Shown: positions 39,265 to 48,579 of the stretch, one piece after another
Numbering within the stretch: the stretch's first letter is position 1
How the letters are laid out: each line of letters begins with the position of its first letter
NCBI GenBank assembly: GCA_023435925.1
Contig: JAEZLF010000152.1
Coordinates: forward strand, 5,589-69,588
Source of the DNA: Bacillota bacterium
GTDB lineage: Bacteria; Bacillota; Clostridia; Acetivibrionales; DTU013
Direction: 5' to 3'
DNA length: 64,000 nt
Program-made: the position numbers and the translations under genes
Notes under the pieces: generated by a model
The model's input: the letters and a program-made list of their open reading frames with translations, nothing else
The model's database searches: none
Told to the model about the DNA's origin: nothing

Positions 39265-40341
39265 ATGCAATACGTTCAAAACTGGGAAAAAACAAAAGCC
39301 CGACTTAAAGCATTCTGGGATGGGGAGATCGTAGACCGATGCTGTATAGCTGCATTTGCGCCAAAGGAAAACAGTAAATACAAGCGAATACCATTTCCAA
39401 CAGACGAGAAAGAAAAAATTAGATATTGGACAGATGGGGAAGCTGTATTAGAGCGAGAGGTGAATCACTTCGAAAACACCTTCTTCGGAGGCGATGCGTT
39501 CCCACAGGTTTTTTTAGACCTGGGAGCTGCAGGACATGCAGGATTTATCAAAGGAAGCAGGTACCGTTTTGAAAATACGGTATGGTTTTCCCCTATATTT
39601 GATGATATTGAGGCCAATGATGTGAAATTTGACGAGAATTCCTTCTTATACCAGAAAACAATAGAACTGGCAAAATACTATGTTAGTATGAGTAATGGTA
39701 GGTATTTCGTGTCTATGCCTGACATTTCCGGAAATGCGGATGCTCTTGCTCATTTAAGAGGAAGCGAAAATCTGCTGGTGGACATGATTACTGAAAAGGA
39801 TTGGGTTCACAGGTCACTCGACAGGATCCAGGACATATCTCTAAAAGTCCATGAAGAAATCTATAACATTGTGAAAGAGAACAATGAAGGTGGATCCAGC
39901 ATCGGGTGGCTGAATACCTGGGCACCGGGCAAGCACGGTCAGATGCAGTGCGACATGTCGGTCATGATTTCTCCGGAATGCTTTCAGGAGTTTATCATGC
40001 CTGAGCTTAAGATGCAGACGGATTGGATGGATCGATCTTTATACCATTTCGACGGTATAGAACAACTTAGGCATCTTCCGGCTCTTCTTTCAATCCAGAA
40101 GCTGGATGCCATCCAATGGACCTGTGTAGAGGGACAGCCGTCTCCACTGGAATATATTCCATATTTGAGGGAGATTCAGAAGGCTGGAAAGAAATTAGTG
40201 ATTCGCTATAACAACCTTGCAGAAATTGAAATCTTACTTGAGCAGCTCTCTTCAAAGGGTTTACTGATTGTAACGCGGGCACCGTCGGAAGATGAAGCGA
40301 AACGAATTATTAAGGTGGCTGAAAAGCTTACGCATGAATAA
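39265..40341 (+). CDS. uroporphyrinogen-decarboxylase (URO-D)-like family protein, function unknown
   Basis: 358-aa ORF. DMSVMISPECFQEFIMPELK resembles the URO-D/MtaA family core. Assignment is from memory only. Confidence 0.4.
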   Translation: MQYVQNWEKTKARLKAFWDGEIVDRCCIAAFAPKENSKYKRIPFPTDEKEKIRYWTDGEAVLEREVNHFENTFFGGDAFPQVFLDLGAAGHAGFIKGSRYRFENTVWFSPIFDDIEANDVKFDENSFLYQKTIELAKYYVSMSNGRYFVSMPDISGNADALAHLRGSENLLVDMITEKDWVHRSLDRIQDISLKVHEEIYNIVKENNEGGSSIGWLNTWAPGKHGQMQCDMSVMISPECFQEFIMPELKMQTDWMDRSLYHFDGIEQLRHLPALLSIQKLDAIQWTCVEGQPSPLEYIPYLREIQKAGKKLVIRYNNLAEIEILLEQLSSKGLLIVTRAPSEDEAKRIIKVAEKLTHE

Positions 40342-40419
40342 CCTTCTAACATGAAACGGTTTCAGAAATATGCAGAAAAAGTAATTAGAGAAGGTTGTTA
40401 AGATATATCTAGGGAGAAT

Positions 40420-43197
40420 GTGATGATGATCAATCAGTATATGGAGTTGTTGAAAAACCCGCCTGCCGACGCAAGAAGCTGGACAAGGTGGTGGTGGTAT
40501 GGGTGTGCAGTGACAAAAGAGGAGATCACAAGGCATCTAAGCTTCATGAGGGATGCCAATATAGGTGGTGTCGAGATACAGGTGGTATATCCGCTGCATC
40601 GGGACGACAATGTTAAGGGGATCAGAAATATTGATTACTTTTCACCTGATTTTTTTGATGTAATAAAGCATGCCGTTGACACAGCCGAGAGCTTTGGGAT
40701 AAAGGTGGATTTCACCCCGGGATCCTTCTGGCCCTTTGGAGGTCCTGTGGTAACCCGTGAGATGGCGCCGCAGTCAGCCATACCGATTCAGATAGATGTG
40801 TGCGGACCCCGCAGCTTCAGCTTCGATTTCACCACAAGGATTTGCGGAGATATCGTGGGTGCTGTGATGGGAAAAATGGAACAGGGCTGTATGATAGAGG
40901 AAACCATAAGGGATATACGGGAAAAAATAAAGCCCAAATATCTTTATTCCTGGCCTTGGGGCGAGGAGCTTAAAGAGCTTGAAATACCGGAGGGGGACTG
41001 GAAGATCGTTGCTTTTGTGGTGGCGGACTACAGGCAAACGCTGCCTGCCCCCGGGCGCAATGCGGGAGGCTACGCCATTGACCACTGCAGGAAGGATATT
41101 GCTCAATATTTCTTTAATACAGCCGTAGGCCCGCTGGTGGAGAAGATTGGAAGAGGCAGACTGAACGGGTTCTTCTGTGATTCCATCGAGGTTGCGGGAC
41201 ATAACTGGACAGAAGGGCTTTTTGATGAATTTAAAAAGCGCAGAGGATATGATCTTAAACCGTATATATATGCGTTGTGGGGTGAGGTTGGAAATGTGAC
41301 TCCCCATATACGCTATGATTATTATAAAACCATGTCCGAGCTTACGGTGGAGAATTTCTTTGAGGAATTCGGAAAGTGGTGCAGGGAAAACGGGTCCAAG
41401 TCAAGGATACAGGCTCATGGAACGTGGGGAGATATTTTGAAAGCCTATGCTGCTGCTGATATACCGGAGGGGGAGACCTTTGGTGAGAATGACAGGCTGG
41501 CGGTGAACACAATACATAGAAGGCTTCCGGCTTCGGCGGGACATCTATATGGCAAAAATATTATTTCCAATGAGTCCTTCACCTGGCTTAGAATGCCGAG
41601 GTTCAAGGAAACGCTGGAGAACATGAAAGCCGCTGTTGACGCGATATTCCTGGACGGAATGAACATGATTGTAAACCATGGCTATTCATACACTCCGGAG
41701 AGCGCCGGAAAGCCTGGCTGGGCTTTCTACGCCTCATCACATATATGTCACACAAACACCTGGTGGCCTTATTATAGAAATTTATCAGAATACATTCAAA
41801 GAGTGTCAGCCTTCCTGAGACTGGGGAGAAATGTGGCTGAAGTGGGAATATACCTGCCCCAGGCTGATGTTTGGTCTGAGAACCAGATGGGGGATCTGCA
41901 CCTTGCAATGAAGCTTGAGGAATATATCGGACGGGATGTAGCGGACAAAATCAACAAAGCGGGGTATTGGTTTGACTATCTGAACGATGAGGCATTGACA
42001 AGCCTTGGCAGGATGGAGGAAGAGGGGCTTGTCATAAATGACAATGCTTATAAAGTGATTATCCTGCCTGAGGTGAAAAGACTACCTTTAGATACCATTG
42101 GTAAGCTTACAGAGTTTGTGGAAAACGGAGGTATCCTTATTGCAGCCGGATGCATACCAAGTGAAGGCTGTGGTTTGCTTAATGCAGAGGATAATAGCAA
42201 GACTGTAAGGGAGTCGATGCAAAGACTTTTTGGAAACAGCTCAGGGAGGTCTCATACTGTCGGCAAAGGCATTGCGCTAAAGACAGATGATAAATATGAC
42301 AGCCTTATTGAAGCAGTTAGTAAGGTTATTATACCGGATGCAAAGATCGTTGGAAATGACGATTGTATCGGGTATATTCACCGCAGGGTTGAAAGAAAAA
42401 GCAGCAAAGATAAGGCATGGGATGATATTTATTTTATCTCCAACATCTCTGATGGTTATAAGGAAACAGTAATCGAATTTAAAAACAGCAGAAAAGATTA
42501 TATTATTCTAGACCCCATGAATGGCATTCAAAGAACGGATATGAGAAATGATAAGCTCTCTGAGGGAAGAACATGTGTAAATATAGGGTTTGAACCTTAT
42601 GAATCAGTGATCATTATTTTCTCTGAAGAGGTATCGGAAGAAAATGCCGTGCTTTTTGAAAAGTTCTTTTATTCAACAAAGCATGTTGATTTATCGGAAG
42701 GCTGGGAATTTTCAGTGCCCGCGAAAAAATACAGCTGTCATATGGATGAAATCAACACCTGGGAAAGTATTCAGGAGCTTAAGCATTTTACGGGGCAGGG
42801 AATATATAAAAAGACGGTTCATTTAGATAAAAGTATCCTTGAGGCGGGTGCAATCACGCTGGAATTTGAAAAGGTGGGAGAGGTTGCTGAGGTCTGGGTG
42901 AATGGAATACAGGCTGGAGTTCTGTGGAAAGCACCGAGAAAGCTTGACATAAGAGAGCAGCTTCGCGAAGGTAAGAATGAAATTGTTGTGAAGGTGGTAA
43001 ATCTCTGGATTAATGCGGTGATTGGCCCTGATTGGGTTGATGAGCGTATTGAGGGAGCAGTGATTGAGGAGTGGCCATATTTTAGTGACGTAATTAATCA
43101 TACAACAAAAAGAAGGCTGAATCCCTGGAGAGAAAGGAACATGGTTTTAGAACCTTTACCGTCGGGATTAGGAGGCAAGGTTACTCTAAGCTACTAA
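40420..43197 (+). CDS. large glycoside hydrolase-like protein (GH106-like N-terminus, C-terminal galactose-binding-like domain)
   Basis: 925 aa. FxNPPADARSWTRWWWYG N-terminus is typical of this glycosidase family. C-terminal VWVNG...LREGKNEIVVKV jelly-roll motif. Sugar-utilisation context. Confidence 0.55.
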   Translation: MMMINQYMELLKNPPADARSWTRWWWYGCAVTKEEITRHLSFMRDANIGGVEIQVVYPLHRDDNVKGIRNIDYFSPDFFDVIKHAVDTAESFGIKVDFTPGSFWPFGGPVVTREMAPQSAIPIQIDVCGPRSFSFDFTTRICGDIVGAVMGKMEQGCMIEETIRDIREKIKPKYLYSWPWGEELKELEIPEGDWKIVAFVVADYRQTLPAPGRNAGGYAIDHCRKDIAQYFFNTAVGPLVEKIGRGRLNGFFCDSIEVAGHNWTEGLFDEFKKRRGYDLKPYIYALWGEVGNVTPHIRYDYYKTMSELTVENFFEEFGKWCRENGSKSRIQAHGTWGDILKAYAAADIPEGETFGENDRLAVNTIHRRLPASAGHLYGKNIISNESFTWLRMPRFKETLENMKAAVDAIFLDGMNMIVNHGYSYTPESAGKPGWAFYASSHICHTNTWWPYYRNLSEYIQRVSAFLRLGRNVAEVGIYLPQADVWSENQMGDLHLAMKLEEYIGRDVADKINKAGYWFDYLNDEALTSLGRMEEEGLVINDNAYKVIILPEVKRLPLDTIGKLTEFVENGGILIAAGCIPSEGCGLLNAEDNSKTVRESMQRLFGNSSGRSHTVGKGIALKTDDKYDSLIEAVSKVIIPDAKIVGNDDCIGYIHRRVERKSSKDKAWDDIYFISNISDGYKETVIEFKNSRKDYIILDPMNGIQRTDMRNDKLSEGRTCVNIGFEPYESVIIIFSEEVSEENAVLFEKFFYSTKHVDLSEGWEFSVPAKKYSCHMDEINTWESIQELKHFTGQGIYKKTVHLDKSILEAGAITLEFEKVGEVAEVWVNGIQAGVLWKAPRKLDIREQLREGKNEIVVKVVNLWINAVIGPDWVDERIEGAVIEEWPYFSDVINHTTKRRLNPWRERNMVLEPLPSGLGGKVTLSY

Positions 43198-43306
43198 AAG
43201 GAATATGGGGAGGCGCCGGATCGTGTGAAAAGTTCAGGACGCCTCCTCTGCATACAAAATCTCAATTGTTGCTTCACGCAATTGTTGCTTCTACAACAAA
43301 ATTTCA

Positions 43307-43335
43307 TTGACAATGTTTGTAAACCAACATATAAT
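43307..43335 (+). promoter_or_regulatory. consensus sigma-A promoter
   Basis: TTGACA, 17 nt, TATAAT (perfect consensus). Confidence 0.6.
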
Positions 43336-43375
43336 TGAAATGCAATTATGACTATTTTTGAAAGGAGTTGTTTTA

Positions 43376-43411
43376 ATGTCTGTAAAAATAGTAAAGGTGG
43401 TTTTTTACTAA
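43376..43411 (+). other. 11-codon mini-ORF (MSVKIVKVVFY) behind a strong RBS, leader-peptide candidate
   Basis: GAAAGGAG, 8 nt, then ATG. A paralogous arrangement occurs at 59447. Confidence 0.3.
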
Positions 43412-43611
43412 CTGAATATTGGCACGGGAATACAAATGTCCATGAAGCTAACGGCGTTATTTGTATGACCGGTGCAACTCTTTTCGAGCAACCGAGTGGC
43501 AGGGATGAAGCATTGGCTGCATTAACGGACGTATGAACAAGCAGAATTTAAGCATACGGCTGGTTACTGAGTTATTGTTCAGCCTTGAAATGTGTATAAA
43601 ACGTATGGTAG

Positions 43612-43637
43612 ACACGCATTGGTAGCGTGTTTTTTTA
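43612..43637 (+). terminator. rho-independent terminator (hairpin 1)
   Basis: acacgc / gcgtgt stem followed by TTTTTTT. Confidence 0.5.
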
Positions 43638-43669
43638 TTGTATTTTTACTGCTTTTATACTTCTTTCAG

Positions 43670-43702
43670 AAACCCGCAGGTGGTCGTTACCTGCGGGTTT
43701 TT
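43670..43702 (+). terminator. rho-independent terminator (hairpin 2)
   Basis: aaacccgcaggt / acctgcgggttt 12-bp stem followed by a T-run. Confidence 0.65.
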
Positions 43703-43749
43703 GCATGCTTTTTTGGTTGCAGGATGAGAATAATGATAAGGAGTGATGT

Positions 43750-43905
43750 ATGATGAAAAAGAAGAAGAGTGCATTTGATTATATGAAGGAAATACGAAAT
43801 AGTTGGGTGATAAACCCTCGTACCAGAGTACAGGAAAATGAACTGAAGAACAAAAAGAAACGAAGACAGGAAGAAAGAAATTTGACGAAGGATGGGTATG
43901 AATAA
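43750..43905 (+). CDS. small basic protein (51 aa), unannotated in the ORF track
   Basis: AAGGAG RBS 6 nt upstream of the ATG. Sequence MMKKKKSAFDYMKEIRNSWVINPRTRVQENELKNKKKRRQEERNLTKDGYE. The stop overlaps the rsgA ATG (TAATG). Confidence 0.45.
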   Translation: MMKKKKSAFDYMKEIRNSWVINPRTRVQENELKNKKKRRQEERNLTKDGYE

Positions 43906-44975
43906 TGAATATAAAGGATTATGGTTGGAACGAATTTTTTGAACAGGAGTGGAGGGGGCTGGTCGCAGACAAAGTCTGCTGCTCGCCCATGCATCCGGCC
44001 AGAGTTGTGGCGGATTATGGGCAGCGGATCCGAATGGCATCAGACTTAGGAGAACTGGTTCTGAACAGACCGTTGCATAAGTCCGGCAATGGTATGCAGT
44101 TGGCTGTCGGAGATTGGGTTGCTGTTGAGAATGCCGGCGATGCTAATAATGCAGCGATCCGCTTTATATTGGCAAGAAAAACGAAGTTTTCCAGGGCTGC
44201 AGCCGGAGTTGAAGTGAAGGAGCAGATTGTAGGAGCTAATGTAGATATCGTTTTTCTTCTCCAATCTCTTAATAAGGATTTCAATATGAGAAGGCTGGAA
44301 AGATATCTGATTGCGGCATGGGAGAGCGGGGCGATGCCTGTAGTTATACTGACCAAAGCGGATTGCTGTGAGGATATTGCAGAGAAGCTGGCTATCGTCT
44401 ATAACACTGCACCGGGGACGGAAGTTCATGTCATCAGTTGTGTAACCGGTGAAGGAATTGCTGAAATAAGGAAATATTTCGAACAGGGAAAGACAGTGGC
44501 GCTTCTGGGGTCATCCGGTGTTGGCAAATCCACATTGGTCAACACGCTGGTGGGAAAAGAGCTTTTTAAAACCCAGGAAATCCGCGAGGATGACAGCAAG
44601 GGAAGGCACACCACAACTCATAGAGAGCTTCTGCTTTTGCCTGAGGGAGGACTGATTCTTGACACACCCGGAATGCGGACATTGTCGCTGTGGGAAGCAG
44701 ATACAGGGATGGAGATGATGTTTGGCGATGTGGAGGAGCTGATCAAGCAGTGTCGTTTTTATGATTGCAAACATAACAGTGAGCCGGGGTGTGCAGTCAG
44801 AGCAGCACTCCATAGCGGAACACTGGAAATGAAAAGGTGGGAAAGCTGGTTGAAGCTGCAAAAAGAGCTGGTACATCTGGAAGCCAAGAAGGACGGAAAG
44901 CTGCGGCTTCAGGAGAAGAACTGGGGCAAGCAGATTGCAAGGTTTCAAAAGGAACTATATAAGGGGAGGGTATAA
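43905..44975 (+). CDS. rsgA: ribosome small-subunit-dependent GTPase A
   Basis: Circularly permuted GTPase motifs (LTKADC, GSSGVGKSTLVN, DTPGMR) and a C-terminal zinc motif CRFYDCKHNSEPGCAV. Confidence 0.9.
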   Translation: MNIKDYGWNEFFEQEWRGLVADKVCCSPMHPARVVADYGQRIRMASDLGELVLNRPLHKSGNGMQLAVGDWVAVENAGDANNAAIRFILARKTKFSRAAAGVEVKEQIVGANVDIVFLLQSLNKDFNMRRLERYLIAAWESGAMPVVILTKADCCEDIAEKLAIVYNTAPGTEVHVISCVTGEGIAEIRKYFEQGKTVALLGSSGVGKSTLVNTLVGKELFKTQEIREDDSKGRHTTTHRELLLLPEGGLILDTPGMRTLSLWEADTGMEMMFGDVEELIKQCRFYDCKHNSEPGCAVRAALHSGTLEMKRWESWLKLQKELVHLEAKKDGKLRLQEKNWGKQIARFQKELYKGRV

Positions 44976-44976
44976 A

Positions 44977-45966
44977 ATGGATATCAAAATACGAAGTGAG
45001 AGAATTTCGGATTATAACAGTATAGCAAGTATTAATTACGAGGCTTTTCTTGGATGGCATCCCGATAATCCGTATGTTTCAGAACCCATATTGGTGGATC
45101 TGCTCAGACACAATTCAATGTTTGACCCTGAATTATCATTAGTTGCAGAATTTGATGATAAAGTTATCGGACATGTGCTTTTTTCTCCATTCAGGTTTAT
45201 TGTTTTAGGCAGGGAGCAGGTGGGGGTAGTATTGGCTCCCGTGGCTGTGAAACCGGAATTCCAGAATAAAGGTGTAGGAAGTATGCTGATAGAAGAAGGT
45301 CACAAAAGAGCCAGGGAAAAAGGATTCGCTTTTTCCCTGCTTTGTGGACATGTGGAATATTATCCGAGATTCGGTTATAAGACCGGCATGTTTTCACTAT
45401 CCGGAGTTAATGTAAGCATCTGTTTGGAAAGTTTTAATGATGAAGGCTTTCATGAAAGGCCGGTCAATGGGAGGGATACGGAATGGATTTTTGAAGAATG
45501 GAAAAGCCAACATGCATCGGATGCTCTTGCAATATCATCCGGCAAGAATATTAGTGAATGGAGTAATCACAATATGCAATGCCGTTGTTCAGTTATTAGC
45601 AAGAATAACAGAATCTTGGGATATGTCAGATATGCCCGTTCAAAAAGACTGAACATCAAGGAATTGGTGTGTAAGAGTGAGGATATTACGGATATACTGT
45701 CATATCTTGCCTGGAAAAGCTATGGTAGGGCTCAGGGGGAAATGAGCATTGCATTACCTTTTGAAACATTACAAGCATCACTTGGTAATGCCGGTGATTA
45801 CAAAGTAACTGATGAGCGAGTTGCATATAAAGCTTTTATGATAAGGACTCTAGAGTATACGAGCCCTATTGATGAGTATTGTGAAAAAGTTGAAAAAGAG
45901 GTGATAAAGCCCGGCATCATTGCTTTCCCTGCAATGTTTGATGTAGATGACGGGAGGGATGAATAA
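44977..45966 (+). CDS. GNAT family N-acetyltransferase (YhbS-like N-domain plus unknown C-domain)
   Basis: VAVKPEFQNKGVGSMLIEEG acetyl-CoA motif and GHVEYYPRFGY. ATG lies behind GGGGAGGG. Confidence 0.75.
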   Translation: MDIKIRSERISDYNSIASINYEAFLGWHPDNPYVSEPILVDLLRHNSMFDPELSLVAEFDDKVIGHVLFSPFRFIVLGREQVGVVLAPVAVKPEFQNKGVGSMLIEEGHKRAREKGFAFSLLCGHVEYYPRFGYKTGMFSLSGVNVSICLESFNDEGFHERPVNGRDTEWIFEEWKSQHASDALAISSGKNISEWSNHNMQCRCSVISKNNRILGYVRYARSKRLNIKELVCKSEDITDILSYLAWKSYGRAQGEMSIALPFETLQASLGNAGDYKVTDERVAYKAFMIRTLEYTSPIDEYCEKVEKEVIKPGIIAFPAMFDVDDGRDE

Positions 45967-46077
45967 ATGAAAGGAAAGATATTTAAAGCAATGAGACTGT
46001 AGACTTATAAAATTGCAGCTCTGTAAAAATTAGCTTTAGAGTATTTACATATTGAGGTAAAATAAGGTATAATGTTC

Positions 46078-46106
46078 TAAATAGAACATAAGTTCTTTTT
46101 GGCTTT
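46078..46106 (+). promoter_or_regulatory. -10 box with overlapping LexA (Cheo/SOS) box candidate
   Basis: TATAAT (46078-46083) is followed by aGAACataaGTTCt (46093-46106), a perfect GAAC-N4-GTTC core. Confidence 0.4.
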
Positions 46107-46504
46107 CAAGAATGAGTCTGGATAATCATTGTTGATATTGATGAAATTGTTTTATGGGGGGAAGAAAATGATAAGTGATATGAAAAAGGCGATTATCCCG
46201 ATATCCTGTTTGGACGATATTAGAAATGATATATCCTCATTTGCACAGCGCAGTGATTTGAATGGATTTCAAAAATAGAAAGTTGCGGAATGAAATGGTA
46301 TTACGAAAGCGTACCAAGAAATCTAAAAGTACTATTTGATAATGTGACATAAGCATGCAGAGTACAGAAGGCACAGTGCGGAAACCAGAACGCAGCAGCA
46401 GCCTGCCCTCAAGAAAGCTGGAGAAAAGTATAACTGAAAATAGTTATTGTAATATACAGCTTATTATATGAATGTGATATAATTAAGGTCTGGGGGAAGA
46501 GAGT

Positions 46505-46864
46505 ATGGCAGATAATATTTTTGAGTTCATGGAAAAGATGTACGCTGATTTAAAGAGCGATATCAACTCTGTAAAGAGCGACATAAGTTCTTTAAAGAGC
46601 GATATGGTCTCTGTAAAAGGCGACATAAGTTCTTTAAAAAGCGATATCAACTCTGTAAAGGCTGAGCTTAAAGCAGAAATACAGTCTGTAGGTAATCAGG
46701 TTGCAAGACTTGAGAATGACCACGGTAAAAAGCTGGATGCTTTGTTTGATGGTTATAAGCAGTTGGCAGAAGGGCAAGAGGAGTTAAAATCACAGTTGCA
46801 TGATTTGGCTTTAAAGGTAGATAAACAAGAAGTAGAGATCAAAGTTATCAAGGGCGGTAGATAA
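46505..46864 (+). CDS. coiled-coil protein with five perfect heptad (21-nt) repeats
   Basis: GGGGGAAGAGAG RBS. Heptads SDINSVK/SDISSLK/SDMVSVK/GDISSLK/SDINSVK, then a further heptad-like coiled coil. Confidence 0.6.
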   Translation: MADNIFEFMEKMYADLKSDINSVKSDISSLKSDMVSVKGDISSLKSDINSVKAELKAEIQSVGNQVARLENDHGKKLDALFDGYKQLAEGQEELKSQLHDLALKVDKQEVEIKVIKGGR

Positions 46865-46954
46865 ACGGTGTAATCTCTACTTTCAATGGAGGTTAAATAT
46901 TGTTCAGAAATCTTAGGATTGACATATAGCTTAAATCAAATGTATACTAGTCAG

Positions 46955-47285
46955 AAATATATAAAGCAAGGGCATTGATGAGAAGAAGTAAGAATTGATT
47001 GGTTTCTACAGAGAGTTCCCGGTTGGTGAGAGGGGCAGAAAACATCATTCTGAATACATCTCTGAGCTTCACACCGAAAAGAAGGGATGGAAAACGTGTC
47101 TCTCGCTTTAGTAGGCTGTTGACGGAATCCTGCACCCGTTATAGTGCTAGAGGATAACATGCTGTTGCAAGCATTCGTCCTTGATAAGGTCTGCACTGCA
47201 AAGTGCCGGTAAATTGAGGTGGTACCACGGGAACAAGACTCTCGTCCTCTGAGTAATTCAGAAGACGAGGGTTTTTTTATTCTGC
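46955..47285 (+). promoter_or_regulatory. T-box leader (Tyr specifier) with terminator
   Basis: Promoter TTGACA-18-TATACT (46919-46948). AGAGA and GGTGAGA stem I elements. GAA-UAC-A specifier (47055-47057). T-box AAATTGAGGTGGTACCACGG (47211-47230). Terminator 47239-47279. Confidence 0.85.
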
Positions 47286-47358
47286 GGGGAATAATATTTT
47301 CTGTTTTCTGCACATGGGGGTCGGAAAACTGATGCATCAAAATGGCGAAAGGAGCACG

Positions 47359-48579
47359 ATGATGGTTTCAATGGATGAGCAAATTAGAATTATTGCAAAA
47401 GGAGCCGAAGAAATTATTAACACAGATGACCTGAAGAGAAAGCTTGAGAGGTCACAAAAGACTGGAATACCGCTAAAGGTTAAGCTTGGTCTTGACCCGA
47501 CTGCCCCGGATATTCATATCGGGCATGCGGTTGTGCTGCGTAAAATCAAGCAGTTTCAGGATCTGGGGCATAGAGCGGTTATTGTCATTGGGGATTTTAC
47601 CGGTATGATTGGAGACCCTACCGGAAAATCCAAAACAAGAAAGCCGCTGACTCGAGAGGAAGTTATAGAGAATGCTAGGACCTATGAAAGGCAGATTTTT
47701 AAAATACTTGACAGAGAAAAGACAGAAGTCCGGTTTAACAGTGAATGGCTGTCAAAACTGAATTTTGCAGATGTTATCGGTTTGGCCTCCAAGTGCACGG
47801 TTGCAAGAATACTGGAGAGGGATGATTTTCAAAGCCGCTTTCAAGCCCACGAGAGTATTGGGGTTCATGAGTTTTTCTATCCTTTGATGCAGGGCTTTGA
47901 TTCCGTAGAGCTGAAATCAGATGTTGAGCTTGGTGGTACAGATCAGAGGTTTAATATTCTGATGGGGAGAAATCTGCAAAAGGACTATGGACAAGAAAGC
48001 CAGATCGCCTTATTTATGCCTATTCTTGAAGGGACCGATGGAGTAGAAAAAATGAGTAAAAGCCTGGGAAATTATATCGGCATTCATGAGGAGCCAAACG
48101 ATATCTATGGAAAGGTAATGTCGATACCCGACAATTTAATCGTAAGATATTTTATGCTTGCCACCGATATACATCCGGATGAATTAAGCGAAATAAAAGA
48201 AGCATTGGACTCCGGCAAGATGAACCCTCGTGATATGAAGATGAAGCTTGCAAGAGAAATTACAGGCTTATACCACGGATCAGAAGCGGCTGCATTGGCA
48301 CAGGAGCATTTCACAATAGTGTTTCAGAAGCATGAAATGCCGGAAAATGTTCCTGAGTATTGGATTTCCGCAAGCATGTTTGAAAAAGATGAAATTGACC
48401 TTGTGAAGCTGTTGGTACAGATAGGCTTTTCATCAAGCAACAGTGAAGCCAGAAGGCTGATTTCACAAGGAGCCGTAAAAGTGAATGGCAATAGAGTTGA
48501 TGCTTTTAAAGTAAAAGGCCTCTGTGATGGTGATGTGGTTCAGGCCGGCAAGCTCAGGTTCATACGAATCAGAGTCTAG
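47359..48579 (+). CDS. tyrS: tyrosine--tRNA ligase
   Basis: HIGH (DIHIGHAV) and KMSKS (EKMSKSLGN) motifs. C-terminal S4-like domain. ATG lies behind AAAGGAG. Confidence 0.95.
   Translation: MMVSMDEQIRIIAKGAEEIINTDDLKRKLERSQKTGIPLKVKLGLDPTAPDIHIGHAVVLRKIKQFQDLGHRAVIVIGDFTGMIGDPTGKSKTRKPLTREEVIENARTYERQIFKILDREKTEVRFNSEWLSKLNFADVIGLASKCTVARILERDDFQSRFQAHESIGVHEFFYPLMQGFDSVELKSDVELGGTDQRFNILMGRNLQKDYGQESQIALFMPILEGTDGVEKMSKSLGNYIGIHEEPNDIYGKVMSIPDNLIVRYFMLATDIHPDELSEIKEALDSGKMNPRDMKMKLAREITGLYHGSEAAALAQEHFTIVFQKHEMPENVPEYWISASMFEKDEIDLVKLLVQIGFSSSNSEARRLISQGAVKVNGNRVDAFKVKGLCDGDVVQAGKLRFIRIRV

Noticed and set aside
43348-43536. 62-aa ORF (MTIFERSCFNV...) in the track
   Set aside because: The ATG has no Shine-Dalgarno sequence and lies only about 6-10 nt from the predicted transcription start. 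The strong RBS in this region serves the 11-codon ORF in another frame, and the composition is not protein-like.
46951-47340. 129-aa minus-strand ORF
   Set aside because: It exactly covers the tyrS T-box leader, whose conserved RNA elements explain the region.
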